Positions 8,899 through 18,666 of a DNA stretch of 64,000 nucleotides are shown here, piece by piece. Positions within the stretch are counted from its first letter, which is position 1; each line of letters begins with the position of its first letter. Source of the DNA: a virus (Duplodnaviria; Heunggongvirae; Uroviricota; Caudoviricetes); the IMG/VR virus record IMGVR_UViG_3300047393_000100; one strand, 5' to 3'. The translations under genes and the position numbers were made by a program. The notes under the pieces were generated by a model, which saw only the letters and a program-made list of their open reading frames with translations, was not told where the DNA came from and searched no databases.

Positions 8899-10295
8899 TG
8901 ATATTAGATATCGAGCAAAGAGAAAAGGATATTATCATATCCTATTATAATGACAAAGGTGAAGTAGCATTTAAACAATATCCTGTAGATAAATTCCAAA
9001 ACTGGTATGTATGCGATGATAAAGATAGAGCAGCAAGTACACAATATACTAATTGGGATGGTCGCAAAGTTAAATTAGGATATGGTAGGCAGTTTAATAA
9101 GTTTTCAATCCTTTATTTTTTAGATTCTCTTTCTGAAAAAGATAAAGCAGAATTGACCGCATATAATATGCCAAAGACTTATTTTGTCGATATCGAAACT
9201 GAAATCATTGATGGATTTCCTAAGGCAGAAGAAGCTAAAAGTAGAATTCTTTCCTTTTCAATTATTACACCAGAACGTAAAGCAATTGTATTAGGTCTTG
9301 AAGATATGGATTCAGAAAGTATTAAAAAAATACAAGATGATACCAATGAATATTTCAAAGACTTTGATCAAGATTGGGAATTTAAGTACTATAAATTCAA
9401 ATCTGAATATGATATGGTTTATACGTTTTTGATGAAGTTCTTGCCTAAATTCCCAATGATGACAGGATGGAACTTTATTAACTATGACTGGCAGTATATT
9501 GTAAATCGATGTAAAAGATTACAAATTGATATTGCAGATGTCAGCATGACCAAAGAGGTTGATAAATCAGACAGTAGACCTCTCCATATCGGAATCTTAG
9601 ATTACATGCAATTATATGATAAGTATGATAGAAGTGTAAAGGTAAAAGAATCCAATTCACTTGATTATGTTTCAAGCCAAGTTTTAAAAGTTAACAAGAT
9701 TAAATTTACAGGATCTTTACAAGATCTTTATAGAGATAATTTTACAAAGTATATTTATTACAACGTAGTCGATTCAGTATTGGTTTATTATATTGACCAG
9801 AAACTAAAATCGATGGAGGTACTTTTAACTCTTGCAAACATTACAAACATGCCACTTTATAAGGCAAGTTCTCCAGTGGCAGTTACTGAAGCTATTATGG
9901 CTAGAAAACTTGCAGAGCAAGGAATGAGAATTGGTAGTGAGGAAAAGAAAGATTCTAATAAAGATGGACAATATGCAGGTGCATTTGTAAAAGAACCAAT
10001 ACTTGGATTCTATGAAGGTGTAAGTGCATTCGATTTTGCTTCCCTATACCCTTCAATTATGCGTCAATTTAATATTTCACCAGACGCATATATTGAAAAA
10101 ATAAGTAAAGGTGAAATAGCAGAAAGAAGAAAGGATAAAGATATAATTGTATGCGATAATGGAGTTGTATATAATAATGAAGATTCTATTCTTAGAAAAA
10201 TTCTTAGCGATCTTTACCAACAGCGTAAGGATTATAAAAAAACTTCATATGAGTATTATACTAAAGCAGATCAATATAAAAAAATGCTAAAATAA
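8898..10295 (+). CDS. gp43A: DNA polymerase family B, N-terminal subunit (exonuclease plus first palm half; gp43A-like)
   Basis: ExoI VDIETE, ExoII GWNFINYDW, ExoIII YNVVDS, FDFASLYPS; ends in the fingers helix. Confidence 0.9.
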   Translation: MILDIEQREKDIIISYYNDKGEVAFKQYPVDKFQNWYVCDDKDRAASTQYTNWDGRKVKLGYGRQFNKFSILYFLDSLSEKDKAELTAYNMPKTYFVDIETEIIDGFPKAEEAKSRILSFSIITPERKAIVLGLEDMDSESIKKIQDDTNEYFKDFDQDWEFKYYKFKSEYDMVYTFLMKFLPKFPMMTGWNFINYDWQYIVNRCKRLQIDIADVSMTKEVDKSDSRPLHIGILDYMQLYDKYDRSVKVKESNSLDYVSSQVLKVNKIKFTGSLQDLYRDNFTKYIYYNVVDSVLVYYIDQKLKSMEVLLTLANITNMPLYKASSPVAVTEAIMARKLAEQGMRIGSEEKKDSNKDGQYAGAFVKEPILGFYEGVSAFDFASLYPSIMRQFNISPDAYIEKISKGEIAERRKDKDIIVCDNGVVYNNEDSILRKILSDLYQQRKDYKKTSYEYYTKADQYKKMLK

Positions 10296-10333
10296 AACTT
10301 ATATATAATTAACAAAAAAAAAATGTACAAACA

Positions 10334-11314
10334 ATGAATGGAAATATCTTCGAAAAAAGAGTAAATATTTTACCATATGAATATCCATCACTATTAGCAT
10401 ATAAGGATGCTATTAGACATTCATATTGGATCCACACTGAATTCAATTTTACAACTGACATTGATGATTTTAAAACAAAGATATCAGACGAAGAACGTGA
10501 AGTTATTAAAAGAGCGATGCTTGCGATTGCTCAAATCGAAGTTAACGTTAAAACATTTTGGGCAGATCTTTATAAGAGAATGCCAATCACGGAAATTGGA
10601 GATGTAGGTATGACGTTTGCTGAATCTGAGGTTAGACACAAAGACGCATACGCGCAATTACTTAGAATCCTAGGATTAGAAGAAGAGTTTCAGAATGTAG
10701 TAGAAATTCCGGCAATTAAAGATAGAATTGCATATTTGTCAAAATATCTAGACGGTACAAGAAGTAAGGACAATAAAATGTATACCAAATCGGTATTATT
10801 ATTTTCATTGTTTATAGAACATGTTAGTTTATTTAGTCAATTTTTAATCATGATGTCCTTTAATAAAGAAAGAAACTTATTTAAAGGAATTTCTAATGTA
10901 GTTGAAGCAACATCAAAGGAGGAAGAAATCCATGGTAACTTTGGATCTGAACTTATTAATATTATTAAAGCGGAAAATCCAGAATGGTTTGATGAAGAAT
11001 TTGAACAACTTATCGATTCTGCTTGTAAAAAAGCATACCTATCTGAAGTTAAAATTTTAGATTGGATCTTTGAAAAAGGAGAACTTGATTTTTTATCTAA
11101 AGACACTATTAAGAATTTTATTCAAAATAGATTCAATAACTCATTATCAAGAATCGGTATGAAACCTGTATTCGATGTTGATTTTACTGAAATAGAAAAA
11201 ACATTATGGTTTGATATTGAAATTCTTTCAACTAAAGAGGGAGATTTCTTTTATAAGAAAAGTGTGGACTACAATAAAAAGTCTAAAGCAATCACTGAAG
11301 ACGATTTATTTTAA
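10334..11314 (+). CDS. nrdB: Ribonucleotide reductase class Ia beta subunit
   Basis: QIEVNV, ESEVRH, IEHVSLF, EEEIH diiron motifs. Confidence 0.95.
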   Translation: MNGNIFEKRVNILPYEYPSLLAYKDAIRHSYWIHTEFNFTTDIDDFKTKISDEEREVIKRAMLAIAQIEVNVKTFWADLYKRMPITEIGDVGMTFAESEVRHKDAYAQLLRILGLEEEFQNVVEIPAIKDRIAYLSKYLDGTRSKDNKMYTKSVLLFSLFIEHVSLFSQFLIMMSFNKERNLFKGISNVVEATSKEEEIHGNFGSELINIIKAENPEWFDEEFEQLIDSACKKAYLSEVKILDWIFEKGELDFLSKDTIKNFIQNRFNNSLSRIGMKPVFDVDFTEIEKTLWFDIEILSTKEGDFFYKKSVDYNKKSKAITEDDLF

Positions 11315-11334
11315 AAATAAAAACAAAACAACAA

Positions 11335-12960
11335 ATGGGTTACGAAAAAAATTACTGGCTCAATGAAGACAGTAGAACATTTTTATCAAGGGGATATATT
11401 AAAGAATCCCCAGAACAGCGAATTAAAGATGTATCTAATACTGCTGAAAAATATTTAAAAATCGAAGGATTCGCAAAGAAGTTTGAGGATTATATGGCTA
11501 AAGGTTTTTATAGTTTATCAACTCCAGTTTGGATTAACTTTGGAAAAGACAAAGGACTTCCAGTTAGTTGTTATGGAAGTAATGTAGATGATACATTAGA
11601 CAGTATCTTAAACGCAAGTAGAGAAATTGGAATGATGAGTAAATATGGAGGTGGAACTTCAATTTTCTTAGGAAACATTAGAGAAAGAGGAGCTAAAATT
11701 TCAACAGGTGGAACAGCAGATGGTCCAGTTCACTATGCCAGAATGTATGATACAACAGTAGATGTATGTAAACAATCAGAAGCAAGAAGAGGCGCATGCG
11801 CTGCATGGTTACCTATTGAACATTCGGATATTTTAGAATTTTTAGATATGGGTACTGATGGTAATCCAATTCAAAACTTACAATATGGAGTTACAGTAAC
11901 AGACAAATGGCTGGAAGAAATGAAAGCAGGAGACGCTGATAAACGTAAAGTATGGGCTAAAGTTATTCAAAGACGTAATGAGTTTGGTTTTCCTTACATT
12001 ATGTTTAAAGACAATTCAAATAATAATTCACCATATAAAGAATTAGGATTGGAAATTACGGCAAGTAATTTATGTTCAGAAATACAATTACCAACAGATT
12101 CATTTAATTCGTTTGTATGTTGTTTAGGTTCTATTAATCTATTACACTGGGATGAAATTAAGGAAACAGACGCTATCGAAACATATGTATTATTTTTAAA
12201 TGCAGTAATGGACGAGTTTGTAAAGAAATCTTATAAAATGCCAGGTATGTCAAGAGCACACCGATTTGCAGAACAGCATAGAGCATTAGGCCTAGGGGTT
12301 CTTGGATATCATTCGCTTTTTCAATCTAAATTAATTGAATTTGATTCATTGCATGCAAAGGCACTTAATAATGAAATATTCTCAACACTTAAAGAAAGAA
12401 GTGATGCTGCATCTAAATGGTTACACGATGAAAAGGGGTATAGATGTATTAGAAATGGATTTGCAAATACAACATTAGTCGCAATTGCACCAACAAAATC
12501 TAGTTCATTTATTTTAGGTCAAGTTTCAATGGGAATTGAACCTATTAAATCAAACTATTTTATTAAAGATTTAGCAAAATCAAAAACTATTTATAAGAAT
12601 CCATTTTTAATCAAAGAATTAGAAAAACATGGGTTAAATACTGTAGAAACTTGGGAAGGAATCTTAAAAAGAGATGGAAGTGTTCAACATTTAGATTTTC
12701 CAACTAAGGCAGTTTTCAAATCATTTATTGAAATTAGTCCAAGTGAATTAATTCTACAAGCAGGACAAAGACAACAATATATTGACCAATCACAGTCTCT
12801 AAATTTGATGATTCATCCAAGCGTACCGGCTAAAGATATTAATCAATTATATTTAAAGGCACACGAACAAGGAGTTAAAACTCTGTACTATCAATTTAGT
12901 CAAAGTTCGGCACAATCATTTGCAAGAGACATATTGGATTGCGCGTCTTGTGAGGGGTAA
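11335..12960 (+). CDS. nrdA: Ribonucleotide reductase class I alpha subunit (no ATP cone)
   Basis: STPV, VSCY, SNLCSEI, CCLGS, APTKSSS, KTLYY, C-terminal CASCEG. Confidence 0.95.
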   Translation: MGYEKNYWLNEDSRTFLSRGYIKESPEQRIKDVSNTAEKYLKIEGFAKKFEDYMAKGFYSLSTPVWINFGKDKGLPVSCYGSNVDDTLDSILNASREIGMMSKYGGGTSIFLGNIRERGAKISTGGTADGPVHYARMYDTTVDVCKQSEARRGACAAWLPIEHSDILEFLDMGTDGNPIQNLQYGVTVTDKWLEEMKAGDADKRKVWAKVIQRRNEFGFPYIMFKDNSNNNSPYKELGLEITASNLCSEIQLPTDSFNSFVCCLGSINLLHWDEIKETDAIETYVLFLNAVMDEFVKKSYKMPGMSRAHRFAEQHRALGLGVLGYHSLFQSKLIEFDSLHAKALNNEIFSTLKERSDAASKWLHDEKGYRCIRNGFANTTLVAIAPTKSSSFILGQVSMGIEPIKSNYFIKDLAKSKTIYKNPFLIKELEKHGLNTVETWEGILKRDGSVQHLDFPTKAVFKSFIEISPSELILQAGQRQQYIDQSQSLNLMIHPSVPAKDINQLYLKAHEQGVKTLYYQFSQSSAQSFARDILDCASCEG

Positions 12961-13015
12961 AGATATCCGGTGGTATGAAACAGGACCACATTTTAGGACC
13001 GTTTAGTTACGGAGT

Positions 13016-13052
13016 AAGGCAGGGAAAAGTTCGCTACTATCCCTGCCTTTTT
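13016..13052 (+). terminator. Rho-independent terminator
   Basis: GGCAGGGA...TCCCTGCC then T tract. Confidence 0.85.
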
Positions 13053-13067
13053 ATTTAAACAGTACAG

Positions 13068-13096
13068 TGAAACAAAATCACTATTTTCATTATAAT
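13068..13096 (+). promoter_or_regulatory. Putative middle promoter TGAAAC-N17-TATAAT
   Basis: Exact consensus. Confidence 0.7.
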
Positions 13097-13125
13097 ATCT
13101 AAATAATCAAATTTAAATAAAAAAT

Positions 13126-13887
13126 ATGAAAATTAAAATTGACAAAGTAGATCAAAACAATTTTATTGGTTTTGTGAACAGGCTTAAAGTAATAGATACC
13201 TTTATCTATTTTAAAATTAAAGATGGAGTAGTACAAGCTTCTGCATACTTACCGCAGAGAGATGCCGTTAAACATCACAGAATTCCAGTTTCACATGTAT
13301 TTCAATTAGAAGAAGGAACAATGGAAGTTGCCGGTTCTAAAGAATTAAAAATTGCTTTCTTTGACGCTTCTCGTTTAACAGATGCATTTAAACAATTTGA
13401 ATTTGGTAACGTTCGTGCTGAAATAGAATTCGTAGAAAATGAAGAAGATTTTGTTGCAACTGAATTTAGGGTTTTTAATGAAGAACTTGAAATTAAATTA
13501 TCATGTTCAGAACCATCGTTAGGCTATAAAGATCTTACAGATTCTCAAATTGCTGCAATCTTTAATGTAGAGTCAGCGAACTATGTATTTGACATGGACT
13601 ACACTGCAATTTCTAAAGTACGTTCATTGTTTGGATTGGATAAAGAAGAAACATTCTCAATTACTACAAGCAAAGATGGTGTTAGAATGAAAGGAAAAAC
13701 ATATAACTATTTAGTTACTGATGGATTTGATGGAACTAATGGCGCTGATGTAACTCTTTTCAAAAAATATCTAAACCTTTTAGATAAAGAAGATTACTCT
13801 GCTAATGTAATGGACAATCGTGTCGTTTTACGTTCTAAAGATTCTGAAACACTTTTAACAATTGCTACTTGCCAAACAGCTGAATAA
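13126..13887 (+). CDS. Probable sliding clamp (gp45-like)
   Basis: 253 aa, beta-rich two-domain pattern, adjacent to the polymerase subunit; no diagnostic motif. Confidence 0.55.
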   Translation: MKIKIDKVDQNNFIGFVNRLKVIDTFIYFKIKDGVVQASAYLPQRDAVKHHRIPVSHVFQLEEGTMEVAGSKELKIAFFDASRLTDAFKQFEFGNVRAEIEFVENEEDFVATEFRVFNEELEIKLSCSEPSLGYKDLTDSQIAAIFNVESANYVFDMDYTAISKVRSLFGLDKEETFSITTSKDGVRMKGKTYNYLVTDGFDGTNGADVTLFKKYLNLLDKEDYSANVMDNRVVLRSKDSETLLTIATCQTAE

Positions 13888-13890
13888 CAT

Positions 13891-15087
13891 ATGACAATAG
13901 ATGAATTAATACTAAAGCCAGAGAGCGATCTGACACAGGAAGATATTAAAATTCTGGTAGAGCATTATTCAACATTGTCTGCCAAATATACCGCGTATGA
14001 ACAGGCTGTTAAGGTAATGCTTAACTCAATCTATGGCGCATTCGGTAATAAATGGTTTCACTTTTTTAATATAGACATCGCAGAATCAATTACCCTACAG
14101 GGACAATCTGCGATTCTATATTCTGAAAAGATTCTTAATAAGTATTTCCAAGAATTCTGGCCAAAGGATAAAGCAGTGCATGCACACTTTAATATTACCA
14201 TAAAAAATAAATTAGTAAGGCCTTCTGTAGTATACATCGATACGGATTCGTGTTATGTCCAGTTTGAAGAAATGTATGAATCTATCGAATGGTTAGGTGA
14301 TAAGTTAACCATTGACGATTTTATTATGAAAATATACAACTTTAGACTTAAAGATTATATTTTCAAATGTATGGACAAATATGCGGAAGCAACCAATACG
14401 GAAAACTTCCTTATGTTTGAACTAGAAACAATTGCATACTCCGGAATTTGGTTAGCAAAGAAAAAATATTTACAGAATATTGCATGGGAAGATAAAATAG
14501 GAATCGATGAAAGATATCCATCCCTTAAAAAGATTAAAACAATTGGATATGATACAATTCAAAGTTCTACTCCTGCGATTGCGCGTAAACACTTGACAGA
14601 AGCTCTTAAATTAATCCTATCAGAAAAACCAACAGCATCTTTATTAAAAAGACTTGTTGATTATTTAAAACAATGTAAGAAGGAGTTTCAATTGGCGAGT
14701 GTAGATGAAATCTGTTTTAATAAGAGAACTAATAATATTGAAAAGTATATCGTAGATGATACTATAGAATTTCAGTATGGTCTTAAGTGTCCTCCTAATG
14801 TCAAGGCAGCAGGATTTTATAACTTCTTAATGAATACTAATCCAAAATACAAGAACAAGTACAAGATGATTGGTAATGGAGAGAAGCTAAAATTATATCA
14901 TTGTAAACATACAACATGTGAAATATTTGCATATCAACCAGGAGCTCATCCATACGAAATAGCACCTCCTATCGATTATGAACTACAATTTGAAAAAAGT
15001 GTAATCGATCCATTAAATAGGGTATTAGTGGCAGTTGGATTACATTCACTAAATAGAAATTTAATTTATTCAACATCATTATTTTAA
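13891..15087 (+). CDS. gp43B: DNA polymerase family B, C-terminal subunit (gp43B-like)
   Basis: KVMLNSIYGAFG, YIDTDS, AKKKY, C-terminal clamp-binding-like STSLF. Confidence 0.9.
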   Translation: MTIDELILKPESDLTQEDIKILVEHYSTLSAKYTAYEQAVKVMLNSIYGAFGNKWFHFFNIDIAESITLQGQSAILYSEKILNKYFQEFWPKDKAVHAHFNITIKNKLVRPSVVYIDTDSCYVQFEEMYESIEWLGDKLTIDDFIMKIYNFRLKDYIFKCMDKYAEATNTENFLMFELETIAYSGIWLAKKKYLQNIAWEDKIGIDERYPSLKKIKTIGYDTIQSSTPAIARKHLTEALKLILSEKPTASLLKRLVDYLKQCKKEFQLASVDEICFNKRTNNIEKYIVDDTIEFQYGLKCPPNVKAAGFYNFLMNTNPKYKNKYKMIGNGEKLKLYHCKHTTCEIFAYQPGAHPYEIAPPIDYELQFEKSVIDPLNRVLVAVGLHSLNRNLIYSTSLF

Positions 15088-15088
15088 T

Positions 15089-15280
15089 ATGAAAATAACA
15101 CACGAACAAATCATAAAATTGGCATCAAAATTTCCAAACGATGCAATGCTTGGAAGCGCAATCAGAGAATTGGTAATAAAGGCAAATAATGCAAATGAAA
15201 TTTACGCAGATCCCTGTCAAATTAGTTTATTAGATTCCATTAACGAAGTAACAAATAACGGAGATGGCAATAGATACTAG
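15089..15280 (+). CDS. Hypothetical protein
   Basis: Tightly packed ORF in operon. Confidence 0.55.
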   Translation: MKITHEQIIKLASKFPNDAMLGSAIRELVIKANNANEIYADPCQISLLDSINEVTNNGDGNRY

Positions 15281-15455
15281 CAAATTAACAGAAGAGCAAC
15301 TATCATACGTAGGTGCATATCAAAGAATCAATCAAAGGCTTGAAACTTTACAAAAACAAATGACTATAATTCAATATGAGGCACAGGGTCTTATAGAAGA
15401 ATTAGAGGATTTACGAAAAAAAGAAAATAAAAAAATTAACGATGGCAAAAAATAA
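15264..15455 (+). CDS. Hypothetical coiled-coil protein
   Basis: Overlapping operon-packed ORF, heptad pattern. Confidence 0.55.
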   Translation: MAIDTSKLTEEQLSYVGAYQRINQRLETLQKQMTIIQYEAQGLIEELEDLRKKENKKINDGKK

Positions 15456-16548
15456 CTTTACGTTTGAAGATTTAAATAAAGAATTAGCAAGTTTAAATCC
15501 ATTAGGTTCAGTGATGGACCAATCTAATTTCTCTGAAGTTACCGAATGGATTCATACTGGTAATTATCACCTAAACGCATGTGTTAGTGGTTCACTTTTT
15601 AGAGGATGGCCAAACAATAGATCGTGCTCAGTTGCAGGTCCTTCTGGAACAGGAAAGACCTTCCTTACACTTAACTCCGTTAGAGAAGCGATCAATATGG
15701 GTTATATGGTAATCTATTATGATTCAGAAGCCGCAGTAGATAAAGACCAAATGATTAAATTTGGAATTGATGTTACTAAGGTAAATTACCAACCTGTAAA
15801 TACTGTACAAGATTTTAGAACATCAATTACAACAATTACACAAAAGATGCAAGAAATTAAGCATAAGGGCGGTGAAATTCCAAAACTTATGATTATTTTA
15901 GATTCTGCCGGTAACTTGGCAACTCAAAAGGAAATTGATGATGCTGCTACTGGATCTGATAAAGCGGATATGACTCGTTCTAAGATTCTTAAATCAATCT
16001 TTAGAATTATAATGACACCATTGGCTGATTTAAAGATTCCTTTTATATTTACAAATCATACATATCAGTCGCAATCCTTTATTCCACAGCAAATTGCAGG
16101 TGGTGGAACAGGACCCGAATATGCTGCATCAATTGTACTTATGTTAGGTAAGGCACAATTAAAAGATGGAGCAGATAAAGTTGGTATTATCGTAACTGCA
16201 AAGCCAAGTAAAAATAGGTTTGCAAAACCAACACCAATTAAATTCCATCTTGATTTTAGTAAAGGAATGAATCCATATGTTGGATTAGAATTATATGCAA
16301 CATGGGATATTTGTGGAATTACAAGAGGTTCTATTGAAAAGGGAGTTAAAGTTCCAAAGGCAACCGCAAGAGGTTGGATTTGTGAGCATCTTGATGAAGT
16401 AGTTTCTAATTCGGAATTCTTTACCGAAAAGGTATTTACCAAGGAGGTAATGGAAAGAATTGATGCTTATATTCAACCAATTTTCAATTACAATTCAGAC
16501 GCAGGTGGATTAGATATTGAAGAAATGTTAGAAAATTCAATGGATTAA
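15442..16548 (+). CDS. uvsX: RecA/UvsX-like recombinase
   Basis: Walker A GPSGTGKT, YDSEAA, ILDS, FTNHTY, GGGTGPEY. Confidence 0.9.
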   Translation: MAKNNFTFEDLNKELASLNPLGSVMDQSNFSEVTEWIHTGNYHLNACVSGSLFRGWPNNRSCSVAGPSGTGKTFLTLNSVREAINMGYMVIYYDSEAAVDKDQMIKFGIDVTKVNYQPVNTVQDFRTSITTITQKMQEIKHKGGEIPKLMIILDSAGNLATQKEIDDAATGSDKADMTRSKILKSIFRIIMTPLADLKIPFIFTNHTYQSQSFIPQQIAGGGTGPEYAASIVLMLGKAQLKDGADKVGIIVTAKPSKNRFAKPTPIKFHLDFSKGMNPYVGLELYATWDICGITRGSIEKGVKVPKATARGWICEHLDEVVSNSEFFTEKVFTKEVMERIDAYIQPIFNYNSDAGGLDIEEMLENSMD

Positions 16549-16549
16549 T

Positions 16550-16861
16550 ATGGAGTTAAATCTTTTTAAAATTGATGAAGATAAACTACCTATAAAATAT
16601 GTATTAGGCATCCAGGAGGAACTTGAAAACTTCCCGGATGCTTTTGACATTGTACATATTTATGTTGTTGAAAACATCAATAGACCAAATAGACCACAGA
16701 CTGGATTTTCTAAAGCATCTCTATTAAAATATCATGCAAAGGATAATATTGAAAATACAGAAAAAGGAATAAATCAAGCAATCAATCTAGGTTTAATAGA
16801 ACAAACCAAATTTGAAGAAGGCAAGGAAACCTACACTATAAAAATAAATCCATTCCAATAA
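16550..16861 (+). CDS. Hypothetical protein (possible winged helix)
   Basis: Operon-packed ORF. Confidence 0.55.
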   Translation: MELNLFKIDEDKLPIKYVLGIQEELENFPDAFDIVHIYVVENINRPNRPQTGFSKASLLKYHAKDNIENTEKGINQAINLGLIEQTKFEEGKETYTIKINPFQ

Positions 16862-16887
16862 AACTAATCTATATCTTTTAATATAAT
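16859..16887 (+). promoter_or_regulatory. Putative middle promoter variant TAAAAC-N17-TATAAT
   Basis: 17-nt spacer, upstream of the helicase. Confidence 0.5.
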
Positions 16888-16906
16888 TAGTATAAAAATA
16901 AACTAA

Positions 16907-18220
16907 ATGAAATTCGGACAAGATTTTGAAAAAATATTCTTTAAGTTATCTTTGGCAAAACCAAAGTACTTAGAAAAAATACATAAAGGATTCTATACAT
17001 CTGAGGAAATAGATACAATGCATTTCTTAGCTACTAAGTTTCATGAAAAATTTCATGAATCTCCAAAGGCTGAACAAATGAAAATTCTTGTACAAAGTCC
17101 AAAATTTAAAGGTAAGGTAGAGGAATCAATTATAGAGTTAGTTTATAATACAGATCTGACACAGTATGATGAAGAGTGGTTAGTATCAACCGCAGAGGCT
17201 TGGATTAAATGGAGGACATTTGACACAACCCTGATTGATACAATAGAATACATTAAAACAACTGAGGTTACACCCGATAATGCAGATTCAATTATCTCTA
17301 AGGTTAAATCATTAATCAATGATAGAAACTCCATTGTATTTAATTCAGATATTGGTTTAGATTTCTTTAATGCAGATGACCATTATCAAGAAGGCAGAGT
17401 AAAGATTTCCACAGGATATTCATTTCTTGACCGATTACTTTCAGGAGGTTATGATAAAGATGGTTCATTAGTAGTTTATGTTGGAGAACAAAATATTGGT
17501 AAGTCAATTTATTTGGCAAATGATGCAGCCAATTTTGTTAAGATGGGAGTTAACACCGCATTTGTTTCAGCAGAGATGGCAGCTCATAAGGTTTTAAAAA
17601 GAATTGGCGCAAATATGCTTACAATTCCAATGAGTGAATATGAAACTAAAGCAAAAAACAAGGAGTTAATTAAAAGAAAACTTGAAAATGTTGGTGATGG
17701 ACTAACTCCACCTGGAAATCTTTTTGTAAAACAATTTCCAACATCTCAAGCAACAGTCCCTGATATTGAAGCTTATTTAAAACAAATAGAAGAGGAAAGA
17801 AAAATTAAATTAGGCTGTATTGTAATTGACTATATTAATATTTTAGCAAACTATAGAAATCCAAACTCTGAAAATATGTACCTTAAAATTAAGCAAATAG
17901 CAGAAGATTTAAGAGCGATGGGAGTACGCAATGGATGGTTAATTGTAACAGCAACACAGATTAATAGAAATGGTTATAATTCAAGTGATATTGGAATGGG
18001 TGATGTTGCTGAATCTGCAGGACTTTCACATACTGCCGATTTAATGCTTGGAATTATTCAAGATGATTTAATGAGAGCCTCTAATGAGTATTGGCTTAAA
18101 GTGCTTAAGATTAGAGATGGAGAAGGAAAGGGAGTTAAATGTAAATTAGATATTAATTATAATTATATGAGACTTACAGAAACAGATAACGTATCAAATT
18201 CAAATATACACAATTTATAA
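16907..18220 (+). CDS. gp41: DnaB-like replicative helicase (gp41-like)
   Basis: GEQNIGKS, FVSAEM, VIDY, TATQINR, ESAGLSHTAD. Confidence 0.9.
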   Translation: MKFGQDFEKIFFKLSLAKPKYLEKIHKGFYTSEEIDTMHFLATKFHEKFHESPKAEQMKILVQSPKFKGKVEESIIELVYNTDLTQYDEEWLVSTAEAWIKWRTFDTTLIDTIEYIKTTEVTPDNADSIISKVKSLINDRNSIVFNSDIGLDFFNADDHYQEGRVKISTGYSFLDRLLSGGYDKDGSLVVYVGEQNIGKSIYLANDAANFVKMGVNTAFVSAEMAAHKVLKRIGANMLTIPMSEYETKAKNKELIKRKLENVGDGLTPPGNLFVKQFPTSQATVPDIEAYLKQIEEERKIKLGCIVIDYINILANYRNPNSENMYLKIKQIAEDLRAMGVRNGWLIVTATQINRNGYNSSDIGMGDVAESAGLSHTADLMLGIIQDDLMRASNEYWLKVLKIRDGEGKGVKCKLDINYNYMRLTETDNVSNSNIHNL

Positions 18221-18663
18221 TGAGAACACAAAGAGATAAAATATTCGACAATACATTCGAAGATAGTGAGTTTGAAATGGATCCTACATTCTCATTTGCA
18301 ATTGCACCTAGTTATGCAGATAATAGAGATGAAGAGGATAAAATAGAAACTAGTATTATTGTATCAAAAATCCATGAGCTTATAGAAGCTTCTAGATTTA
18401 AGAAGTTTAATAATATTAATGAATTTGAACAAACTGTAAAATTAAAAAAGATAGAAATTAACGAAATTTATGAATATCTTTCAGATGAACTTAGGCCTAA
18501 TCACTCAATCATTGAAATATTTTCAGAAGTATGTGATTACTTTAACGTAAATCCAACTAAATTCTATCAATCACTTGGAAATAAATTCAAAGAAGAGTTA
18601 ATTGAGACTCTTGATAGAAAAACAAACATTCTTAAGAAAAAGAATATAAATAGATTATTCTAG
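18220..18663 (+). CDS. Hypothetical protein
   Basis: TAATG-coupled to the helicase; TAG stop. Confidence 0.7.
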   Translation: MRTQRDKIFDNTFEDSEFEMDPTFSFAIAPSYADNRDEEDKIETSIIVSKIHELIEASRFKKFNNINEFEQTVKLKKIEINEIYEYLSDELRPNHSIIEIFSEVCDYFNVNPTKFYQSLGNKFKEELIETLDRKTNILKKKNINRLF

Positions 18664-18666
18664 TAT

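Noticed and set aside
12961-13015. Small ncRNA after nrdA (GTGG/CCAC and CCGT/ACGG hairpins)
   Set aside because: Helices are only 4 bp and compatible with an ordinary 3' UTR; insufficient support
8898-15087. Intron or intein interrupting the polymerase
   Set aside because: The intervening DNA is ordinary genes with a terminator and promoter; no splice-junction residues or group I core were recognised
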